Shown here: positions 9,601 through 16,517 of the stretch, piece by piece
How the letters are laid out: each line of letters opens with the position of its first letter
Position numbering within the stretch: the first letter of the stretch is position 1
From: Methanothermobacter marburgensis str. Marburg
GTDB taxonomy: Archaea > Methanobacteriota > Methanobacteria > Methanobacteriales > Methanothermobacteraceae
Length of the DNA stretch: 32,000 nucleotides
Direction: 5' to 3'
NCBI RefSeq assembly: GCF_000145295.1
Contig: NC_014408.1
Span: forward strand, 90,001-122,000
The notes under the pieces: model-generated
The model's database searches: none
What the model was told of the DNA's origin: nothing
What the model saw: the letters and a program-made list of their open reading frames with translations, nothing else
Translations under genes and position numbers: made by a program

Positions 9601-10835
9601 GGGTCAACAGCAACAGCATAGCCATGATCTGCTTCGATCCCACCGAGATAGGAACTGTAGAGGACGCTTCGTGGGATGCTGAATTTTGTGATGAAGGCAT
9701 CCACACCGTTCAGTGACCTGTCAAATGCTCCCTCTGTGAGGGGGAAGTCAGATGAGGATGTTGTACCTGTCAGGTAGAGGTTCCCATACTTGTCTGCTGT
9801 GATTCCATATATTGCGTCATCACCGCTTCCACCGAAGTAGGTTGAGTATGTTACGTCCTCTCCATCGAATGCCACGACGAATCCATCAGAAAGGCCCTTC
9901 TTTGTCCTCTGGTATGCAGTCACCGGGGTTACGGGGAAGTCCGTGGAGTTGGTTTTACCTGCAATGTAGATAAGGCCACCGTAGGAGGTAATGGCGTGGC
10001 ACATGTCCTGTCCTGAGCCTCCAAGGTAGGTTGAGTAGTCAAAGCTCATCTGTGGGGTGAATCTTGATATGAAGATATCATTCGTACCCCTCTTATACTG
10101 TGAAACCGCATCGAAGGTTACCGGAAAATCATCAGAGTAGGTGTACCCTGCAATGTAGATGTTCCCGTTGTTGTCAAGGGCAAGTCCCTGGCAGTAGTCG
10201 TCCCAGGACCCTCCAAGGTAGCTAAGGTACGTAACGGTGAGGGTCCGGTCAAGTTTGGCGATGAATGCATCATAACCACCCTTATTGATTTTCTGGTAGG
10301 CGTCATCTGTCGCCTGAAGGTCCTCTGAGATGGTGTATCCGCTCACATAGAGGGTCCCCGACCCGTCCATTGCAATCCCCTTTGCAACGTCATACTTGGA
10401 TCCACCAATGTGTCTGATCATTTCGATTTTTCCAAGGGGGTCTATCCGTGCCACGAATGCATCCTTAGCCTCAACGCCTGCACTACTTATTTCGCCTGCA
10501 ACATAGGCGTATCCATCTGCATCTGCGATTATCCTGTGTCCCCAGTCGTCTCCAGCTCCGCCGAAGGTCGTGTAGTATATGATCTTTCTTGATGTGTTGA
10601 ATCTGGCCACGAAGACGTCCTTGGATCCATTGACGTGCGTTGAACCGGTTACATAGATATAGCCTGATTCATCAACGTAAACGTCACGGGCCTCATCAAC
10701 CACATCACCACCGAGGTAGGTTGAGTAGTCCACGGTGTAATTTGATTCAGCAAAGGCTGAGCCCTGAAGGACGAGCATGAGAAGGAGCCCGCAGATCAGA
10801 GCAGAAAACTTTTTATATGGATCAATGATTATCAC
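6663..10835 (-). CDS. large secreted surface protein: signal peptide, 7 SBBP-type beta-propeller repeats, 9 Ig-like (CARDB-like) repeats, and a basic Tyr/Thr-rich C-terminal module
   Basis: 1390-aa ORF.
- Signal peptide: N-terminus KKFSALICGLLLMLVLQGSAFA/ES.
- Propeller: seven repeats of about 60 aa of the form YSTYLGGSGxDxgxxIavDxxGNiYvtGxTxSxDFPvT.
- Ig-like repeats: nine repeats of about 90 aa of the form vTPxxGxaPLxvxvxaxixNxGDxxGxYtaxLYvdGv...vtV.
- Glycosylation: roughly 25 or more N-x-S/T sequons by eye.
- Start codon is uncertain (see findings). Confidence 0.85.
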   Translation of the reverse strand: MIIIDPYKKFSALICGLLLMLVLQGSAFAESNYTVDYSTYLGGDVVDEARDVYVDESGYIYVTGSTHVNGSKDVFVARFNTSRKIIYYTTFGGAGDDWGHRIIADADGYAYVAGEISSAGVEAKDAFVARIDPLGKIEMIRHIGGSKYDVAKGIAMDGSGTLYVSGYTISEDLQATDDAYQKINKGGYDAFIAKLDRTLTVTYLSYLGGSWDDYCQGLALDNNGNIYIAGYTYSDDFPVTFDAVSQYKRGTNDIFISRFTPQMSFDYSTYLGGSGQDMCHAITSYGGLIYIAGKTNSTDFPVTPVTAYQRTKKGLSDGFVVAFDGEDVTYSTYFGGSGDDAIYGITADKYGNLYLTGTTSSSDFPLTEGAFDRSLNGVDAFITKFSIPRSVLYSSYLGGIEADHGYAVAVDPYQNVYVAGKTWSNNFPVTSDAIKMKLTGLSDGFLTRFTPFFISNLSVTPVNGTAPLSITVNGKITNYGDASGWYRLGLYVNGYEVLWQWIEVASKATRDFSFEYLLRNSRTYSVTVNNFQPFTVRAFSGPLIIPENLTVLPRAGTEPLRVNVTADIVNYGDLPDTYTAGLYVDGILVDSKSVTVDAKSRVRVSFNSTLAAGVHEITINDLEPLTVNVMEGEKFLVDGFRLTPESGLAPLNVMVTANITNIDSKTRSYTAIIYVNGVDVHEQTFDVPAGSTVPFSAMITLPESGIYTIALNNATSGTVRALSAASFTLTNVTVTPLEGKSPLNVTVNATVRNQGDLPGDFTVTVYLDGVAWDSRTVTVPGRSSVKVSIKNQIIVPGEYNLRVNSGEEVKIRVLDPDPVFGGFSVTPVTGVGALNVTALLNVTNPYDMVIGFTARLHVNNQTVQENTVSLNPGETKEISMKTTLLPGNYSVGINGFTGNVRVLKPANITASDLTVTPTSGFSPLDLAASAKLRNTGEVDGEYIATLYINGAAVDTRTVTVPAGGTSQVRFNHTLNAPGTYLAGIGALAPVTVRVLNEPLVSNLNVTPASGVSPLIFNVTARISTAETGSGNYTARLYIDGVNVQNKTVQLTGPGASTVLFRVELSDPGIHDVTVNDLAPVTVRVLRPATFVVDNLLVSPHEGVLPLTIEASARISNVGDVPGNYTARLYIDGVPVASRTVNVAAGGETTVTFRYPITQRGNHTVTVDTLPAANVNALKPATLEIGFINVTPSSAVGSATVEVEAEIQNTGDVEGDFTVPVYLNGNLIGTYTVKVGPHEGAVLRFQRYISSPGTYTFSINNLKTATVYVNPPKRTYRFTFKNTGSYTATVTYYVTVYSSGGSKLAYKTYRFTLKPRGSYTATIGYYPYNARIVTTRKIYNPSRYTRTIRLSETFRADTLSATLSHTKTIRGYSYVYISRTFRAVDMRITVT

Positions 10836-11324
10836 CTCCCGAAAACATTACAGTTTATATTCTACTTACAATGAATATAGTTTACTATTTAATTTTAAAA
10901 CTGAAAAAAGAGATCTATAATGAAATATATTTATTTAGAACTGTTAGAATCTATTAAACATTGAAATATAAGTTTAAAGCGCGAATTTTTGTTAAAAGAA
11001 TACTCATGTATATTATATGCTTATTATCATGATAAAAGCGAACTTATTTGATTTTTTCAAGAATTTAAGTCATCTTATCAGCTATTAAATAACTTTCTGA
11101 CTGAAATCTGAATAAAATAGAGTTAGGGCGCGCTCTGACTTACTGGAGTACTCTGGTCTCAATGGATAGGTGTTTGAACTGTGGTGGGGGTACGGTTATC
11201 TGTGATCAGTAAGCGCAGAAAAGTTGCGGCCATTCTACACCAATATCAGTGTAGTGTCTGTCCATTATAGCTAATTTTAAAAGATTCGGTTGGTAGAAGG
11301 TTCAATATCAGAAGAAAGCTATTA

Positions 11325-11948
11325 TTAGAATACAACAATGACTGACATGTAACTGAATTCAGAGACCGCCACTTCCCTGAGCTTCAGTTTAACAACCCTT
11401 TCATCGGGATAGCTGAGCCTTTCACAGACAGCAGCACACCTTTCTGGATCCACACCATTTTCAATAAGAAACCGGGCGGTCTCAGAGGGAGTCCTTGATG
11501 GGAGAATTATTGTTGGCCTCCCGTTATCAATTATATCCACTATATTCTCCTCACTGCGGCCGTGAAATGTGACTATGTCAGCTTCATCCCAGGGGATAAG
11601 GAGCCTTGCAGCGCAGAGCTGGACGGAACTCACACCGGGAATAACTTGGACTTCAACATCAAGCTTCTTTTCTGATATTATCCTCTTAATTGGTTTCAGA
11701 ACACCTGAAAACCCGGGGTCACCTGTTGAGAGCACCGAAACCTTACCTGAAACTGCAAGATCGGCTGCCATTTCAAGCTTTTCATCCATATCCCCAGCAC
11801 CCAGCACGACAGCTTCATTCACATCAGGAAACAGTTCAAGGGCCCTTTTACTCCCAAATACAGTCTCAGAATTCCCCACAGCGGTAGCCGCGGCAGGTGT
11901 GATGTAATCAGATGAACCGGGACCTATCCCCACTATATAGAGCACCAT
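11325..11948 (-). CDS. cbiE: cobalt-precorrin-7 (C5)-methyltransferase CbiE
   Basis: Tetrapyrrole methylase fold motifs (YIVGIGPGSSDYIT, VSVLSTGDPGFSG, VIPGVSSVQLCAARL) and a size typical of CbiE. Start is taken at ATG 11948 (MVLYIVGIGPG). ATG 11969 is the alternative. Confidence 0.82.
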   Translation of the reverse strand: MVLYIVGIGPGSSDYITPAAATAVGNSETVFGSKRALELFPDVNEAVVLGAGDMDEKLEMAADLAVSGKVSVLSTGDPGFSGVLKPIKRIISEKKLDVEVQVIPGVSSVQLCAARLLIPWDEADIVTFHGRSEENIVDIIDNGRPTIILPSRTPSETARFLIENGVDPERCAAVCERLSYPDERVVKLKLREVAVSEFSYMSVIVVF

Positions 11949-12000
11949 GACTATCCACAACCAGCGCATTCAGTTCAACTGGATCTTATTCAGGACCAAC

Positions 12001-12009
12001 ATATATAAT
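12001..12009. promoter_or_regulatory. candidate bidirectional TATA between cbiE and the GTPase gene
   Basis: ATATATAAT lies in the 92-bp divergent spacer. It is about 30-35 nt from the GTPase start region and about 35-55 nt from the cbiE start candidates. This implies very short or absent leaders. Confidence 0.3.
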
Positions 12010-12040
12010 TGTTCCATGACCATTTATTAATGTGGTAACA

Positions 12041-13231
12041 ATGATTCAGATTGCAGTCACAGGAAAACCCAACGTTGGAAAATCATCCTTCTTCAATGCA
12101 GCCACACTCTCCGAGGCAGAGGTGGCATCATACCCATTCACCACAATCGACGCCAATCATGCAGTTGCCTATGCATCCTGCAGGTGCCCCTGCCAGGAGC
12201 TTGGAGTTCAGTGCAACCCCAAAAACTCACGATGCATTGATGGCACCAGACTGATCCCGGTGGAACTCATCGATGTGGCGGGTCTTGTCCCGGGGGCCCA
12301 TGAGGGCAGGGGCCTTGGAAATAAGTTCCTGGATGATCTCAGACAGGCCAGGGCATTCCTGCATGTAATAGACGCATCAGGTTCAACAGACGAGGAGGGA
12401 AGGCCTGTTGAGCCAGGGAGCCATGACCCTCTGGAGGATGTGCAGTTCCTTGAGGAAGAAATAACCATGTGGCTCTACGGCATCCTTGAGAAGAACTGGG
12501 ACCGACTTTTAAGGAAGGCAGCATCAGAGAAGCTTGATATGAATCGTATAATCCATGAACAGCTCTCAGGTACAGGGATAACTCCTGAGGATATCATTGA
12601 GGCATCAAGGAAGGTGGAGGCAGATATCTACTCATGGGGTAAGGATGAACTCCTGGAATTTCTCGATGAGCTCCTCAGGATAGCGAAGCCAATGCTGATA
12701 GTTGCAAACAAGGCCGATATTCCCGTGGCGCGGAAAAACATTGAACGCCTCATGGATTCTTACCCCCATGTGGTGCCGGCATCTGCAGAGGCTGAACTTG
12801 CCCTTAGGAGGGCAGCAGAGGCCGGACTTATTAATTACACTCCAGGTGCAGGGGAATTTGAGATCATCGATGCATCAGGTCTCACCGACAGGCAGAGGGC
12901 GGCCCTTGATTATATCCGTGAAAACGTCCTCGAGGTCTATGGAAGCACCGGTGTTCAGGAGGCAATCAACCGGGCGGTATTTGATCTCCTGGACATGATA
13001 GTTGTCTTCCCTGTTGAGGATGAACACCACTTCACGGATCAGAGGGGCAACGTTCTCCCTGATGCACTCCTGGTGCCCCGTGGTTCAGGTCCTAGGGACC
13101 TCGCCTACCTGATACACACCGAGATAGGGGATTCCTTCATGCACGCGGTGGATGCAAGGAAGGGGATGAGGGTTGCTGCGGACCATGAACTTGAGGATGG
13201 TGACATAATAAGCATAATATGCAGCAGATAG
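12041..13231 (+). CDS. Obg-family (YchF/OLA1-like) GTPase/ATPase with C-terminal TGS domain
   Basis: G1 [10 protein letters not shown]3 DVAGLV, G4 NKADIP, and a C-terminal TGS-like segment ([26 protein letters not shown]...DGDIISI). Start is at ATG 12041. GTG 12032 is possible if the mRNA is leaderless. Confidence 0.8.
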   Translation: MIQIAVTGKPNVGKSSFFNAATLSEAEVASYPFTTIDANHAVAYASCRCPCQELGVQCNPKNSRCIDGTRLIPVELIDVAGLVPGAHEGRGLGNKFLDDLRQARAFLHVIDASGSTDEEGRPVEPGSHDPLEDVQFLEEEITMWLYGILEKNWDRLLRKAASEKLDMNRIIHEQLSGTGITPEDIIEASRKVEADIYSWGKDELLEFLDELLRIAKPMLIVANKADIPVARKNIERLMDSYPHVVPASAEAELALRRAAEAGLINYTPGAGEFEIIDASGLTDRQRAALDYIRENVLEVYGSTGVQEAINRAVFDLLDMIVVFPVEDEHHFTDQRGNVLPDALLVPRGSGPRDLAYLIHTEIGDSFMHAVDARKGMRVAADHELEDGDIISIICSR

Positions 13232-13240
13232 TATTACATA

Positions 13241-13382
13241 AAGTTAATAACATGGGTGGTTAGTTTCAAGTGTAAGTGGTGTGGTATTTACTGCCATGAA
13301 TAGTATGCTGCAGGAAATCATGGTATTACTGAAAGTTATTAAATTGAGTGGTCAGTTTCAAGTGTAATTGATGGTGAGGACG
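13241..13382. repeat. two imperfect direct repeats of about 42 bp, 92 bp apart, upstream of the P-type ATPase
   Basis: AAGTTAATAACATGGGTGGTTAGTTTCAAGTGTAAGTGGTG (from 13241) resembles AAGTTATTAAATTGAGTGGTCAGTTTCAAGTGTAATTGATGGTG (from 13333). The 14-nt core AGTTTCAAGTGTAA is identical at 13262 and 13354. The second copy abuts the ATPase SD and start. Confidence 0.6.
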
Positions 13383-16106
13383 ATGGGGGGTATACACGAG
13401 CTTCATGAGGAAGAGGTTTTCAGGAGACTTGAGACGTCACCCTCTGGCCTTGACCCCCCGGAGGCTGAAAGACGCCTTAAGAAATATGGCCCCAACGAAC
13501 TTGAGGAGGTCAGGGGTAAACCACACATACTTCTCTTTCTCTCCAACCTTTACAATGTCCTGGCGATCCTGCTCTGGGTATCAGCTGCCATGTCACTCAT
13601 CACAGGCAACACCCAGCTTGCAGTTGCGATTGTACTTGTAATAATCATAAACGCGGTCTTCAGTTTCTGGCAGGAATATGAGGCCGAAAAGGCTGCAGAG
13701 GCCCTAAGGGATATTCTGCCGGTTATGGTTAAGGTTCTGAGGGGTTCAGATGAAACTGTGATCCCGGCGGCTGAGGTGGTTCCCGGTGACCTCATCCTTC
13801 TGGAGGAGGGTGACACGGTCCCGGCAGACGCAAGGCTTGTTGAATCCAGCCAGCTTAAGATTGACGCATCCACACTCACAGGCGAATCAAAGCCTGTCAG
13901 AAAGGTATCCCATCCAGTTGAAAAATTCGATAATTACATAGATATCGATAACATCGTATTTGCAGGTACACAGGTGGTATCAGGGACAGGAAGGGCCATA
14001 GTATTTGCAACAGGAGGGGATACAGAATTCAGCAGGATAGCATCCCTGACACAGGAGGTAAGGGAGGAGCAAAGCCCCCTCCAGAGGCAGATATCCCGGG
14101 CTGCCAGTATCATAAGCATTCTCGCAGTTTCAATGGGCATCGTTCTTTTTACAGTCAACCTCTACATTGTTAAACTCCCCCTCGAGACTGCGCTGATCTT
14201 TGCAATAGGGCTCATGGTTGCAAATGTACCTGAGGGCCTTCTACCAAGCGTAACCCTGGCGCTCGCGGCATCAGCAAGGAAGATGGCCAGGGAGAATGCC
14301 CTTGTGAAGAGACTCTCCAGTGTAGAGACCCTGGGATCCACAACGATAATCTGTACAGATAAGACCGGGACCCTGACAAGGGGTGAGATGACAGTAAGAA
14401 AGATTTGGATACCCTACAGGGTCGTGGAGGTCACAGGTTCAGGCTACAGGCCAGAGGGGGAATTCCTCTGCAATGAAAAACCCGTAACCCACCGGGAGGT
14501 AAGGGAGATAAGGCTCCTCATGAGGGCGGCGTCATTCTGCAACGATGCAAAACTTGTTAGAGACGAAAAGGGCTGGCACGTGATTGGGGACACAACAGAG
14601 GGCGCACTGCTTGTGGCTGCAGAGAAGATAGGCTTTGACCTTGAGGGTGAACTTGAAAGGATGCCCAGGGTAATGGAGCTCCCCTTTGATTCAAAGCGAA
14701 AGTCGATGACCTCCATCCATCAAAAATCAGGAAAAAGGGTGGCCTACGTCAAGGGGGCCCCGAAAAAGATAATAGATTTATCCGAGAGGATATCAGTGGA
14801 TGGAAGACCCAGACCACTGGACGATGATGAAAAAAGGAAGATCATAGAGATACATGACAGAATGGCCTCTGAGGGCCTCAGGGTGCTTGCATTCGCTTAC
14901 AGGGAACTCCCGGAGGACCTTGAGGATTACACGCCAGAGAATGTTGAAAGGGAACTGACACTGGTTGGAATGGCTGCAATGCATGACCCGCCCAGGGAGG
15001 GTGTGAAGGAGGCTGTGAGGCAGTGCAGAACTGCAGGTATAAGGATAATAATGATAACCGGGGATTATGGGTTAACAGCCGCGGCCATAGCAAAGGAACT
15101 TGGAATCATAGAGGGCGACAGTTACAGGGTGATAAAGGGAAGGGAACTTGATGAAATGGAAGACCCTGAACTTTTAAGGATACTTTCTGAGGAGGAGAAC
15201 ATAATATTTGCCCGGGCAGTCCCTGAACACAAGATGAGGATAGCATCGGTCCTTGAGGGCGCCGAGGAGATAGTTGCAATGACAGGGGATGGGGTAAACG
15301 ATGCCCCCGCCCTCAGAAAGGCGGATATTGGCGTTGCAATGGGTAGCGGCACCGACGTTGCAAAGGAGGCCGCTGACATAGTACTCGCCGACGACAACTT
15401 TGCAAGCATTGTAACTGCGGTGAGGGAGGGCAGGACGGTATATGAGAACATAAGAAAATTCATAACCTACATATTTTCACATGAAACCGCGGAGATAGTC
15501 CCATTTGTCCTTATGGTGCTCTTTGGAATACCCCTACCCATAACAATAATGCAGATACTTGCAATAGACCTCGGTACCGATACACTACCTGCCCTTGCCC
15601 TGGGAAGATCCCCACCTGAATCTGATGTGATGCAGAGGCCACCAAGACCGGTTAGGGAGAGACTACTTAACCTTGAGGTCCTCCTCAGGGGGTACCTGTT
15701 TACAGGATCCATTGAGGCATTCCTTGTGATGATGGCATACTTCCTTGTGCTCTCAGGAGGGGGATGGGTGCCAGGCCAGAGCCTCCCAGCAGATGACCCC
15801 CTCTACATGAGGGCCACAACTGTGGTCTTTGCAGGTATAGTGATGGCCCAGATGGGCAATCTCCTCTCATCACAGACCACCCGCTCCTCAGCACTGAAGG
15901 TGGGGCTTCTGAGGAACAGGTGGATACCTGCCGGCATGATATTTGCGGTCATTGTGATGCTGATGGTCATATATCTGCCCCTACTGCAGCCGGTTTTCGG
16001 GACACAGCCACTGAAACCGGTTGAATGGCTGATGATCATCCTCTTTGCTCCACTGGTTTTTCTTACAGATGAGGCGAGGAAGTTAATTCAGAGGAGGCTT
16101 GGCTGA
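13383..16106 (+). CDS. P2-type cation-transporting P-type ATPase (Na,K-ATPase-like motifs; ion specificity uncertain)
   Basis: TGES, [10 protein letters not shown] phosphorylation site, MITGD, [11 protein letters not shown], M4 [13 protein letters not shown], M6 [17 protein letters not shown], and about 10 TM segments. Start is at ATG 13383 (GGTGAGGA SD just upstream; N-terminus [23 protein letters not shown]). TTG 13368 and ATG 13371 are alternatives. Confidence 0.9.
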   Translation: [907 protein letters not shown]

Positions 16107-16113
16107 TCAGATA

Positions 16114-16119
16114 TTTTTT
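16114..16119 (+). terminator. oligo-T tract after ATPase gene
   Basis: A T6 run begins 8 nt after the TGA stop (16104-16106). Confidence 0.4.
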
Positions 16120-16224
16120 CCTCAGAGATGAGACTGGGAACTTAATCATAATCTGGCTATCAGGACTCTTTCAGAAATTTTTTAATAATGCAAATTAGAA
16201 ACGTATTGCAGAGGAGGTGCCTGA

Positions 16225-16500
16225 ATGAGATGGATTGCACTTATGCTTTTGATGGTATTTCTTGCCGGCGCCCTTGAAGCATGCGCTGCACACGACTCAG
16301 ATTCCATGAAACCCACAATCAAGAGGGGTGGATTCAGCGGATTTAAGAGTTCATCAAAGAGGCTCAAAACCGATCTTGACGATGATGATGACGATGATGG
16401 GGGCTCCAGTGGCTGGGGGCTGCTTGCAGCTATTGTAATTGTTCTGATTGTGGTGGTGGTCCTGGCATACATATTCTTCACAAGGCGTGGAACCCCATAA
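16225..16500 (+). CDS. small membrane protein: N-terminal signal/TM, acidic poly-Asp segment, C-terminal TM anchor (91 aa)
   Basis: A perfect GGAGGTG SD lies 5 nt upstream of the ATG. Features are a hydrophobic N-terminus MRWIALMLLMVFLAGALEAC, the segment DLDDDDDDD (16378-16398 is D7), the C-terminal helix WGLLAAIVIVLIVVVVLAYIFF, and a basic tail TRRGTP. The gene sits 17 nt upstream of mthK. Confidence 0.6.
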   Translation: MRWIALMLLMVFLAGALEACAAHDSDSMKPTIKRGGFSGFKSSSKRLKTDLDDDDDDDGGSSGWGLLAAIVIVLIVVVVLAYIFFTRRGTP

Positions 16501-16517
16501 GGGGCAGGGTAATGTAA

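Noticed and set aside
11128-11218. C/D-box sRNA in the GC-rich island
   Set aside because: A CTGA and a GTGATCA are present. However, they are in the wrong 5'-3' order on the + strand, and they deviate from RUGAUGA/CUGA on the minus strand. There is no convincing C'/D' pair.
13383-16106. Simple annotation as a PacL-type Ca2+-ATPase forming a calcium module with MthK
   Set aside because: The M4 and M6 motifs look closer to Na,K-type pumps than to SERCA. Ca specificity therefore cannot be asserted from sequence alone. I retained only a generic cation pump/channel linkage.
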